Below, in pieces: positions 1 through 12,300 of a stretch of 64,000 bases of DNA (position 1 is its first letter; each line of letters starts with the position of its first letter). The stretch covers positions 21,016,268 to 21,080,267 of the forward strand of contig CM119263.1 in the NCBI GenBank assembly GCA_051294375.1. Direction: 5' to 3'. A program made the translations under genes and the position numbers. Source of the DNA: Paraspadella gotoi (lineage: Eukaryota; Animalia; Chaetognatha). Under the pieces are notes generated by a model. The model searched no databases and was not told the origin of the DNA. It saw only the letters and a program-made list of their open reading frames with translations.

Positions 1-540
1 ATGGTAATTTTTATATTAGTTGTGACCAATTTAATATACAATTTTTTTAAAAAAATATTTTCTCCATGTATACAAATATTATACATGAATTAATAAGATC
101 GAAAACTTTAACAGAAAAAACGAAAATCGATTTTTAAAAATTTTTTTAAAATTTTTTTTTATTCGATCGGAATTCGGTAACGAATAAAAACTTTCGTAAG
201 CGAAAAATCATTTTTATTTATTAGCCCGATTTTAAAAACGTACGAGGTTTTTTGTTCGAAGATGCCAAAATATAGCCTACTGCAAAAGATTAAAAAACAT
301 AAAATTATTTTTTTTACAAATTAATGTTAACTGATGTATGTTGTTCATAATTGACCTTAGAAAAAACTGTTTTGAAATTTTAACATTTATTGGTTCTGTA
401 CTAGTATATGGCCTACTGCGTAAATTGTAAAATTTATTATAAATTCTTTTATTACATAAATGTTCATTAATATAATATTATTCGTTCCTCATTTTTAAAA
501 TTCTAATTAAAGATAAATTTAGAAATTTTACTACGCCTTA

Positions 541-749
541 CTGAAGATGACTGTCCGTAACTTCTATAACCCCCTCTAGGATCCGTGGAACGGGTCCCTG
601 GGCTTGGAACCAGGCTTGAGGGTTTGCCATGCCCCCAAGGCGGTTTACGGCCGTCCTCACGCTTCCCGCAGGGTAGGTACCGGGTTGAGATTGAACCCGG
701 TACCTAGTAGTCATGAGCTGATGGCTTTACTCTATGAGCCACCGTTTCA
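541..749 (-). mobile_element. tRNA-derived SINE (tRNA-Met-like head), interrupted by hAT-like insertion
   Basis: Minus strand reads GAAACGG-TGGCTCATAGAG (A-box-like), CTCATGA (CAT anticodon-like loop), GGGTTCAATC (B box), then a GC-rich body. It has a perfect 13-bp hairpin at 674-706. The 3' part and A-rich tail appear on the other side of the hAT element (17715-17759). Other copies at ~8245-8500 (garbled) and 20180-20395. Confidence 0.65.
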
Positions 750-2563
750 CAACTAAAAGTGTTATGCTTCTAGGCGGGGTGAACCTAGGCAATGCCCGAC
801 TACNNNNNNNNNNNNNNNNNNNNNNNNNNNNNNNNNNNNNNNNNNNNNNNNNNNNNNNNNNNNNNNNNNNNNNNNNNNNNNNNNNNNNNNNNNNNNNNNN
901 NNNNNNNNNNNNNNNNNNNNNNNNNNNNNNNNNNNNNNNNNNNNNNNNNNNNNNNNNNNNNNNNNNNNNNNNNNNNNNNNNNNNNNNNNNNNNNNNNNNN
1001 NNNNNNNNNNNNNNNNNNNNNNNNNNNNNNNNNNNNNNNNNNNNNNNNNNNNNNNNNNNNNNNNNNNNNNNNNNNNNNNNNNNNNNNNNNNNNNATATAT
1101 ATATATATATATATATAGGCATTGGGAACACTCCACTATATAGGTTAAACTATGCATATTTATATATATATATTCGAAACTCCATACAATCGTCAAGATC
1201 GTCTTTGCGCGCGGTTTACCAGTCCTCTCTCTTTCTATCAGGGGCCCTTTTGCGCGTCTCTCCCCTTCCTATTCGCACGCAGTTTTTCTCTCTCTCTCTC
1301 TCTCTCTCTCTGATACCCCTTTTGCGCGTCTCTCCCCTTCACTATTCGCACGCATTTTTTTCTCTCTCTCTATCTCTCTCTCTCCTACTCTCGTCTCTCG
1401 TCTCTCTCTCTCTCTCTTTCCCAGGCGCACGCGCAGAGATTTAGAATGACGACGCGCGTTTCTCACGTTCCTCTCTCGCGCCTTTTTTCTTTTCCTCAGT
1501 TTTTTTTCGCGTCCCTCTCTCACCGGAAGTGAATGTTTTTTATGTCACGGAATTCCGCGACTTTCGGATTTCTGTTCTCTCTCTCGTGTCTCCTACCTCT
1601 CTCCCTCTTCTCTCTCTCTCTCTCTTCTCTCTCTCTCTTCTCTCTCTCTTTCTCAATCGCTTTGCGAAAGAAAGAAACAAAAGCTGAGAGCGAATTTAAN
1701 NNNNNNNNNNNNNNNNNNNNNNNNNNNNNNNNNNNNNNNNNNNNNNNNNNNNNNNNNNNNNNNNNNNNNNNNNNNNNNNNNNNNNNNNNNNNNNNNNNNN
1801 NNNNNNNNNNNNNNNNNNNNNNNNNNNNNNNNNNNNNNNNNNNNNNNNNNNNNNNNNNNNNNNNNNNNNNNNNNNNNNNNNNNNNNNNNNNNNNNNNNNN
1901 NNNNNNNNNNNNNNNNNNNNNNNNNNNNAAAGGAAGTTTTTTTTTCGATCTTCGCAACAAAATGTGAAGAGCGCCATCTTAATCTTTTTTGTAAACAACA
2001 AAATAAAATGGAAATAATTTATTACTGTTAACTCTTCATTCTGCAAGAAAAATTAAATGCAATGCAATGAAATGTATATAATCAGCGATAAATAAAGATC
2101 GTCATCATACTCAGTAATTTTGAAGTAATACCTAGACTTTGACATCCGATTGATGACTCTCTCACTCTCTCTCTCTTTCTCTTTCCCTTCCTCTTTCCAA
2201 TGTCTCCCTCTCTTTCCTTTTTTCCAGCTCCGCTCCATGACCTCTCTCTGATCTCTTTTCTCCTTAATCGTTCTTTCATCGACCTTTCAATCAACTCCTT
2301 CGCAGGAGTTGACCTCCTCTTTCTCCAAATAACAATTTTGTTACACATCAACTCGCTAATAAATATTTAGTATAATGTAAATAGTATTGAATAAATTTGA
2401 TTGATGGGTAAAACTTTTTAAGGTTACTGTAAAATATGTAAAAGTTATTCTATTTCTTTCACCAACAAACATGGCTAAAAATGACTCCATCCAAACCTAC
2501 ATGAGACGCAATTCCTTAACCTCTCTTAATATTTTTTTCTATCCCCTTTCCTCCCACTTTTTT

Positions 2564-2985
2564 AGTCGGATCTGCTTATCAGCAGATCCTGACTCTATAA
2601 TTCACTTTGTCGGTCCGTCGGTCCGCCCCCTCAATATTGTCGGGCAATAACTTATATCATGTCAGAACATCGAATTATGATAAATTATGCAAAAAAAAAC
2701 CTGTTTCACTAATTGATTATGCTTCTTTTTCCTTTTGTATGTATTAATAAATCAAATAATTAATCAATTAATCAATCAAGTCAATCGTTATCGGCATTAT
2801 TCTCATCATCGTCATTGATTTTGTCGTTGTTAGTGACAAAAAGACCTAAAAACAAAAATTTGGGATCAAATTAATTAATAAATTTGCCTGATTAATTAAT
2901 TAATTAACTTGAATTATTTAATTATTAATTAATTAATTACCGATAATGATCGTGGGCAGATCCGACATTTTTTTTCTCAAACTTG
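2564..2985 (+). mobile_element. HINE/DINE-1-like non-autonomous Helentron, family A (short complete copy)
   Basis: Inserted in a T-run. The 5' subTIR GTCGGATCTGC (2565-2575) pairs locally with GCAGATCC and is followed by GTCC-type microsatellite. The 3' subTIR GCAGATCCGAC (2956-2966) precedes a CAAACTTGTT end. Copies at ~10088-10545 and ~22015-22445. Confidence 0.7.
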
Positions 2986-3204
2986 TTTCTATCTCTTTCT
3001 ATCTTTTTTGGCCAATCACAGATTAAAACTTCGCTCCATTTTTCGCTTCGTCGGTTTATGTCGCGATTTAAATTTCTTATCGAGGAAAGAAGCTTTCGGA
3101 TTTTTGTTTCAAGTTCGGATTTGTCGATTTCATATGAACGGATCGGGTTATTTATGGATTCGGGGTGCAAGGAATTCGGTGTGGAAAAAATTAAAGATGG
3201 GTAT

Positions 3205-3967
3205 TAAAGGCGTAGTGAAAGTTGCAGATCAAAATTCGAATAGTTAATCATGAACAGTCTTGGACTAAAGAACATTGATATATAATTTTTCTTTTAATTT
3301 CTCAATTTTCGCATACGCCCATATTTATACATAGTACTTACCATAGAAAATATTAAAATTTTAAAATAATGTTTTCTTAGTTTTGAAAGAAGTTTCGAAT
3401 TTCTCATAAAAAGTTGATAAAAGAAAATATAAGTCTTAATCAAAAATTCTTTCATTAAGTTAGCCAAAAATTTAAAAAAATATATTTTTTATGCTAAAAT
3501 TTAATTATAGTTTAATAATAATATTTTTTTATGATTTTGATCCACTTAATGAAATAATTTTCTAAAAAGAGTTGTTTCCTTTTATCAACTTTCCGTTAGG
3601 AATTCGAATCTGCTTTTAAAAATAAGAAAAAAACATTTTAAAATTTTGACATCCGGGGATGGTTTGGAGATGATCGGGAAGCATCTGTGTAGATGCCGAA
3701 CTTGCAAAAGTTCATGACGGCTATTTTAGATTATAGCGGTTTTTTGGAGAAATATTCATTGAGCGCTGAACTGTTGCATTATGATATCTTTGACATTTTT
3801 AATCACAGCCTTCTATTTAAACGTTTGCAATGAATTAAAATATAAAAAAAAGGAAAAAGCAAAAAAAAGTATAATTTAAAACTTAAAAGTTTTACTGACA
3901 AGCGGCTCAGCAAGCTTTTCTGTTAATTATCCCATTTGCAAAGCTCAAGACGGGATTGAACGCCTTA
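3205..3967. mobile_element. Related hAT-like MITE (~760 bp)
   Basis: Termini TAAAGGCGTAGTG / ACGCCTTA. Flanking 8-mers ATGGGTAT and AAGGGTTT match 6/8 (decayed TSD). Also present at ~10750-11475 and ~22660-23427. Confidence 0.5.
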
Positions 3968-4462
3968 AAGGGTTTTCGCCTTCGCCTTTCCCATTTCCCG
4001 TTGGCCGGATTTCTACTTTTTTTTTCTCCTGTGATAAAAACGATGGTAAAACTTTGGATAAAATACTTGGAGAACCTATTACATCCGGGTTAGCGATTCT
4101 TCCGTATCATCACAATCGTCGTATAAATCGATGAGACGTGATTTTATTTTTTCTTCTTCTTTTCATTTATTATCTGTGTCGTTGGTTTTAATTTTGGCCG
4201 CGAGGAAGATTTTAATTTTTTTGTCAAAACATTTTACTTGTCCGCTGATCTTTATGTACATTTTAATTTTATATAATTTATATTTTATATCAGAATGTCC
4301 ATAAAAATCCAGTAAAACACAAGTTCAGGACGGTCGATGCTTCTTTTTGAAAGTCATGAGTCCCGCACTATCATTGATTAAAGATTTTAAGTCCGTACAT
4401 GGTAACAATTTTACAAGCGCCGGTAGAAAAACGCTGTCATTTGCAAACCCATGAAAATTTTT

Positions 4463-5250
4463 ATCGAGCCTAACGGCGAAGCCGGTTCAGGCTCGATATT
4501 GATTCGGGTCAGCTTCTTTGTGACGTCGTCGTCGTCGTCGTCGTCGTCGGCGTCACGCTTTTTTGTATAAAAACTACTACGCTTTTATAGTTTTGGCTGG
4601 ACTTATCGTTTTTTCTATCGAGCCATGACTGGCGAAGCCGGTTCAGGCTCGATATTGATTCGGGTCAGCTTCTTTGTGATGTCGTCGTTGTTGTCGTCGT
4701 CGGCGTTGTCGTCGGCGTCACGCTTTTTTGTATAAAAACTACTACGCTTTTATTGTTTTGGCTGGACTTACCGTTTTTTTTTAAATAAATTATTTTTTTT
4801 AAAATAAATTATTATTAATTATGATGAAGTTTTATAAAAGTGTGCGGATGCATCAGTAACGCTTTAAAATTTAGATATGGCCTTCTCATCTTGAATAGCT
4901 CTGAATTTTCTTGTTAACCCATTTTGGAGTTTAAGATTTTTGTTTTGAATATTTCCACTTCTTGATTTTGCAATTTACTGCACAATTGAACGTTATACGT
5001 ACTCATTATATAGTTCAAATTAGGAATATAGAATGCTTTAATCTAATTTACATATTGCAGTATGTAATTGAAGATGAAATTAAAAAAATTTTTTTAAATC
5101 TATAATAAAAAATGGGAACTTCAAAGGAACTTTTAATGAGAAGCTATATCTTAATTTTTAATACAGTTCAGCTCTGGCAGCGGCGGTCCCAGCGGCGGTC
5201 CAGCGGTCTGGTCCAGCTTCACTCTATCTTTTTTCTCTCTTCTTCTACAT
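4463..5250 (+). mobile_element. HINE-like family B (tandem 5' heads)
   Basis: T-run, then ATCGAGCC..GCGAAGCC..GGCTCGAT hairpin and (GTC)n microsatellite, repeated at 4463 and ~4617. Also at ~11940 and ~23930. Confidence 0.6.
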
Positions 5251-6369
5251 CTCGTTCTTGCTCCTCTCGTCATTGCCCCTTTCCGCTCAGCTGCGCCAAA
5301 GTTTTACGTAAGGTCCTTCCATCACACACTATCCCTCTTAGTCGAGTTCAGTAAAGTCAAAATCCTTTCTCTCTCAATATCGTATTTTTTGGCTTACCAT
5401 TTCATATAAACTGGTTGCTCTGATTATCGCTCCAGATTTGCGCTATTGCTTCAGCGCTTGTTTATTTTCCATTTCGAATACAAATCCCCAATATTTATTC
5501 ATTCGAGTTTTCCTGTGGATTTTATTTCTCTTTATTATTTTATATTTTTGGGGCACTGGATTTATTTTTTTTATTTTTGGTGAAACGGAGCGGAGAGACC
5601 TGTAATAATAGCAGGGTTCCCGTTGGCGGGAAAAACACTGTATCCAAGCCCTTCTCTCTCCTTCTTCTCTCCTACCTACAATACTCTGTCATATCATACT
5701 TCGCTTTGTGTTTCTACTACCAAGGGTATTTCACGCAATTACATCCCACAGACATTTTTTTCGTGGTAAATTTTTCAAGTAGACAACTCAACTATTTTTC
5801 TNNNNNNNNNNNNNNNNNNNNNNNNNNNNNNNNNNNNNNNNNNNNNNNNNNNNNNNNNNNNNNNNNNNNNNNNNNNNNNNNNNNNNNNNNNNNNNNNNNN
5901 NNNNNNNNNNNNNNNNNNNNNNNNNNNNNNNNNNNNNNNNNNNNNNNNNNNNNNNNNNNNNNNNNNNNNNNNNNNNNNNNNNNNNNNNNNNNNNNNNNNN
6001 NNNNNNNNNNNNNNNNNNNNNNNNNNNNNNNNNNNNNNNNNNNNNNNNNNNNNNNNNNNNNNNNNNNNNNNNNNNNNNNNNNNNNNNNNNNNNNNNNNNN
6101 NNNNNNNNNNNNNNNNNNNNNNNNNNNGCCTTTTCTGAATTGTTTAAAAACGAGTTCAGGCTCTTTCAGTCTCTTTTAGTATCTCTCTGTCTCTCTCTGT
6201 GTGCGTCTGTCTCTCTTTGTACGATCTCTTGCGTGATCGTTCGTTTTTTAAAAAATTCTGATTATTTTTTTCTTTCTAAAAAAAATATATATTTGATCAG
6301 GCGCTTTCTCTCTATCTGACTCTTTCTCTCTCTCTCTCTCTCTCTCTCGTGATTTAGTTCTAAGGTCAG

Positions 6370-9300
6370 TGTGCAAAAAACAATTATAATGTATTTAGCA
6401 TTTAATCATAATTTTTACACACACGCAAAAGTAATGACGATAACTATGAAAAGATCAAATTATAATGAATAAAAATATTTTTGAAACAATTTGTAAAATG
6501 TAAAAATCAGTAACCTCAGAAGACGCGCTGCACAGAAGATCTAGACAAACGACTGCTTTATAGGAGTCGAAGAGATAATTCCGGTGCTAGCGGTCACCTA
6601 TAAATCAGAACAATAATGAACGAGCAGGGTCGCAGGCCTTTATCTGGACGTGAACGAATGAAGGTTGCCTGAATATCCAGCGAAGAGAGATAATTCTGAG
6701 GGGATGCAGAGAAAAAGAGAGCGTTTGGAAAAGGAATCGCAAACTGGAAGTGTGTGACGAGTCTGAGGTATGCGTCTATTGGATGAAGGCTGCAAAAATA
6801 GAGACAATGACCCAACGTGAACAAATTTAATACTTTCTTTAAAATCTTTTTAAATCAGTAGTATGAGAATACAATGTGGAGTCTAAGTTAAAAAGAAATG
6901 ACAATAAAAGAATATGATATTCAAGTTGAAAAAATGAGCAAATTAAAATGCTAGCAATTGAAAAAATGAATTATGAGTTGAAAAAATGTATGTTAGTGAA
7001 AAATGATGCGATTTTAAAAAAAGTAATTTTTAAAAAATTTGGTGATTAATCATCTGAATTAATTGATTATGCTTAATTTATGTAGGCAGATTCGAACATT
7101 GTTTCATCAAATGTTTTGATATCCAGTTCACTAATCATAAATTTGTTTCAAAAACTGATTAAACACTGTGAAGTAGCGAAAAAAAATTTATATAAATGGT
7201 TTTGGTTTGACGAGTATGAAATACAAGTGGGGCATCTCTCATTCCATTATTTTACAACATTGCAATTTTTATATCTTAAAAATAATAATTTTAGAACTAA
7301 AGGTAAATTTATGTCTATCACCCCCTCAAGCCTCCGTGTTCCATCACTCACATCATCTTTACACAACTACAAACCCTGAAAAGACTTTTCCAAAAAAACA
7401 TGCATATTGTCTGAAGCTTGAAACCCAGTACCCTACTCTTTTCTTTCCAACTGTCTGGCCAACCCCTCTTCCTTCTTCGACCGCGTATCTCCCTGCTGGA
7501 GCCACGCCCGCATCCCACACACGCCGCCAGAAAAAAACACCCGAATCACCAACACAACCTCTCGCACCCCTGGATCCATACCCGAGCCCATCCCTCTATT
7601 CGATCGGCACCCTGACTCAAACCGATCTTTTAACCAACGCCCCCCCACGTCGTCTGACGACCCCTACACCCACACCCGTCCCCTCCCCCCCCCCCCCCCC
7701 CACTCCCCTATACCCAATCGCCAAACAATTATTCAAAAATAGCGCCCTCTTTCACTTAACTCTTTTATTGCAGATTTGAAGTTCTTGTCAACAGTGATGA
7801 AAAGAAAAATAGTAAATCATTTTTTAAAATTCTTTATTATATGTGGTTAAAATTAAAAAACTATATTGAATAGTATAGAAAGTTAATTTTCAGCTTAAAA
7901 TATAGCTTTTCTAATTTGTTGTTGAGCCCACTTAAAGAAGGAAGTTTATGCAATGAAAAGAGTTATATTCGATTTACTATTAACTTTTTCTATGAGATCC
8001 AATTGGCAAAAAAATTCTTAGAAAAACTGATTTGAAATTTAACATTATTGGTTCTGTGCTTAGGTAATTGGCCTACACCTACCCCGCGCACCTGTAAAAT
8101 CTTCATTACTACATATCTTTCTCCTTCCCCTATCACCATACACTACCGTTCACTAATTATAAATTAATTATGCGTGTCCTCATGTTTAAAATTTAATTTA
8201 AGAGATAAATTTAGAAATTTTTATCTAGTCCTTATTTGAATGATGACTGCGCGTAATTTCTATAACACCTTCTAAGGATCCGTGGAACGGGTCTGGGTTG
8301 TAACCTAGGCTTTGAGGTTTGCATTGCCTCCCCCCATACCCCCCAACCCGCACCCCGTTCCCATCACCGCCGCCGCCCCTTCCACCCCTCCTCCCCAGCC
8401 GGTATCGCTCCCCCCCCCCTCCCCTCCAGCCTTGAACCGCGGTACCCCCTCATTACTCCCAATCGCACCGATCCGCCTCCTCCTCTTCCTCTATAGCCAC
8501 GTTAGACTAAACCCCCCACCTCGATTATGCCCCCCCTCTACGCCGCAACGCTCCCAGCCATGCCGATCGTACAATTTATTAATTAATTAATTAATATTAA
8601 TATTTATACTTATATTTTATTATTTATTTATTGATTTATTTGTTTATGTATTTATTATTTATTTTTAATTTATTTATAATTATTATTTATTTAATTTTTT
8701 TTTTATTAATTTATTTTCTACCATCACTCCACCCCCCTCCCTACTCTTATCTATTTAGCTATTTCTACGCGTACTCCTCATTTATTTATTTATTTTATTT
8801 ATTATTTATTTAATTTTTTTATATTTACTTAATTTTATTATAATAGTATAGGTAATATAGGTTCATTGGTATACACTCCACTATTTAAGGTATATCTTAT
8901 GCTATTTTATATCTATATAGTTACTTGAAACTTCATACTATCGTCAAGATGTTTGGCCGCGGTTAGTAGTTCTCTACTCTTTCTATCAGGGCCATTTGGC
9001 CGCCCTCTCTCTCCCTTCTATTCGCCACGCATTTTTCTCTTCGTTATTTCGCGTTCTCTTTTCTCTCGTTCTGTCTCTCTCTCTTGTCTCTTCTTCTCTC
9101 TTCTTACTTCGCGTCGGCCGGTAGATTAGAAGACGACGCGCAGTTTCTCACGTTTCTCTCTCGCGCGCTTTGTTTCTTTCCTCATTTTTTTCGCGTCCCT
9201 TTACATGAAGTGTAATGTTTTTTATGTCACTGGAAATTCGCGACTTTTCGGTAGTTCTGTTTTGCTTCTTTCGTCGTCTTTCTTCCTCTCTCCGGCATTC

Positions 9301-12300
9301 TTGTCTCGCTCCTCTCTCAGCTTCTTCTCTTCTGGTCGTTTCGTTACTTCTCTCTCTTTCTCAATGCTTTGGCGAAAGAAATGAAACAAACTGGGAGAGC
9401 GGAAATTTCAAAAGGAAAGTTTTTTTTGATCTTCGCTAAGACAATAAGTTTAAGAGCGTATTTAATTATTTGTTTGTAAACACAAAAATAAAAGGAAATA
9501 AATTTTAGCTGTTATACTTCCTTTTCATTCTGCAAGAAGACAAAAAAAAAATTTTAAAGAAAATGGCAATGCAATGAAATGTATATAATCAGGGCCGAGT
9601 AAATTAAAAATTTCATTAATTATCTCAGTAATTGAAGTAATACTAGACTTTTGACTATAGTTTGATTTACGATCTCTCACTCTCTCTTTCCTTTCCTTTC
9701 CCTTCGTCTTCAATGTTCCTCTTTTCTTTTTCAGCTCCGCTCAATTGAAGCTCTGTTCTGATTGCATTAGTTCCTTAATCGTTCTTTATTCGAACTTTTA
9801 ATTCAACTCCTTCGCAGGAGTATGGATTCGTGTACCTCTTTCTACAATAACAAATTTGTTACATCTATCAACTCGCTATATTAAATATTTAGGTATAATG
9901 TGTATTGTATAATAGTATGAATAAAGTGATTGATAGGTAATAACTTTATTAAGTTACGAAAGTAAATATGGATAAATAGTCTATTTCTAATTTCTTACCA
10001 AGCATACCATGGTAAAAAATTGATCATCCAAAATAACAGAATGACAATTCCTTAACCTCATGCGTTAATATTTTTAAATCTTCTATGCCCTTCATCTCCA
10101 CAGTTTTTTAGTCGTCTGTAGTTATCAGTCAATCCATGACATCTCATGAAGTTCACTTTGTCGTCCGCGTCCGCCCTCGAAATTATGTGGAGCAGAAGAG
10201 GTAAAAAACCTTAATTTATCATGAGTAGTAAGCAATCGAATTATGAATAAATATGGCAAAAAAAAACCTGTTTCACTAATTGATTATGCTGCTTTTTCCT
10301 TGTAGTATTCAATAAATCAATAGCATTATCAATATCAATCAATAGTCATGTATCGCGATATTCTCATTACATCGATTGATTTTGGTCTGTAGTACAACAA
10401 AGACTAAAAAATAAAATTTGGGATAATAGATTAATAATTTGCTGTTAATACATTAATTACTTGAATTATTTAATTATTAAGTCTCAATTAACAATTACGA
10501 TCAATGATCGTGGGCAGATCGAACATTTTTTTTTTCTCAACTTGTTTTATCTCTTTCTATTTTTTGCCAATCACAGATTAAACTTCGTGCTCATTTTTCG
10601 CTCGTCGGTGTTATGGCGATTTTAAATTTCTATCGAGGAAGAAGCTTCTCGGGATTTTGTTTCAAGTTCGGATTTGTCGATTTCATAATGAACGGATCGG
10701 GTTTTATGATTGGGTGCAAGTGAATTCGGTGTGAAAAATTAAAGAGAGTATCAAGGCGTAGTGAAAGTTGCAGGTCAAATCATAGTTAATATGACAGTCT
10801 GGACTAAAAGAAATGTGAATATAATTTTTTCTTTAATTTATTCTCTAATTTTCGCTACGCCATATTTATACATAGTATTACAAGTAGAAAAATTAAAATT
10901 TAAAATAATGTTTTCTAGTTTGAAGAAGTTTCGAATTTTCCATGAAACTTAAGTATAAAGAAAATATAAGTCTAATAAAATTTCTTCATAAGTGCAAATT
11001 ATAAAAAATATATTATTTTATGCTAAAATTTAATTATGTTTTAATAATTATATTTTTTTATGATTTTTGATCCATTAATGAATATTTTCTAAAAGATGTT
11101 GTTCCTTTTACAACTTTCCGTTAGGAAGTTCGAATTGCTTTTAAAATAAGAAAAAAACATTTTAAAATTTTGACATCCGGATGGATTTGGACATGATCGG
11201 GAAGCACTGGTGAATGCGAACTTGCAAAGTTTCAGACGGCTATTTATAATTATAGCGGTTTTTGGAAAAATATTCATGTGAGCGCTGAATGTTGCATTAT
11301 GAATCTTTGAATTTTAATCTACAGCCTTCATTAAACGTTGCAATGATTAAATATAAAAAAAAGAAAAAGCAAAAAAAAGTATAATTAAACTTAAAAGTTT
11401 TACTGACAAGGCGCTCAGCAACTTTTTGTTTAATTATCCAATTTGCAAAGCTCAAGACGCGGATTGAAGCCTTAAAGGTTTTCGCCTTCGCTTTCCAATC
11501 TTCCCTTTGCCGAATTTCTACTTTTTTTTTCTCTTAGATAACAAGAGTGAAAACTTTGGATAAATATTGAGAGACTATTCAATCGTGGTTAGGATTCTTC
11601 CGTATCATAGAAATCGTGTATAAATCGATGAGCGGATTTTAATTTTTTCTCTTCTTTTCAATTTATTATCTGTTCGTTGTTTTAATTTTGGCCGCGAGAA
11701 GATTTTAATTTTTTGTTCAAAACATTTTACTTGTCGGCATGACTTTATGTACATTTTAATTTTATAATATTTATATTTATATCAGAAATGTCATAGAAAA
11801 TCAGTAAAACACTAAGTTAGGACGCTGATGCTTTTTTGAATAGTCCATGAGTCGACTATCAGATTAAAGATTTTAAGTCCGTAAAGGTAAATTTTACAAC
11901 GCCGGTAGAAAAACTCTGCTATTTGCAAAACCATGAAATTTTATCGAGCTACGCGAAAGGTTCAGGTCGATATTGATTCGGGTCAGCTTCTGTTGTGACG
12001 TTCGTCGTCGTCGGTCGTCACGTCGGCCGTCCACGCTTTTTTGTATAAAAATACTACGCTTTTATAGTTTTGGCTTGGACTTATCGTTTTTTCTAATCGA
12101 GCCATGATGGCGAACCGTTCAAGGTCGATATTAGATTCGGTCAGCTCTTTGTGATGTCGTCGTTGTTGTCGTCGTCGGCGGTTAGTCCGTGCGAGCTTAT
12201 TTTATAAAACTACTACCTTTTATGTGTTGGCTGGACTTAAGCCGTTTTTTTAAATAATATTTTTTAATTATAGATTATTATTAATTATGAGAATGTTTTT

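Larger units (their letters stand above)
356..6350 (+). repeat. Copy 1 (partial, clean) of ~12-kb repeated unit
   Basis: From CTTAGAAAAAACTGTTTTGAAATTT (356) onward it is collinear with ~8015-13730 and ~19985-25750, with the same SINE, HINE and MITE order. Confidence 0.9.

Noticed and set aside
541-560. Hammerhead core CTGAAGA (also 46932)
   Set aside because: No stem II plus GAAA follows. At 541 the motif is the hAT target-site duplication.
7300-7740. Pro-rich 190-aa ORF (7207-7779) and similar at 8312-8590
   Set aside because: C-rich garbled versions of sequence that is ordinary in the other copies (19400-19700, 600-800). Most likely low-quality read segments.
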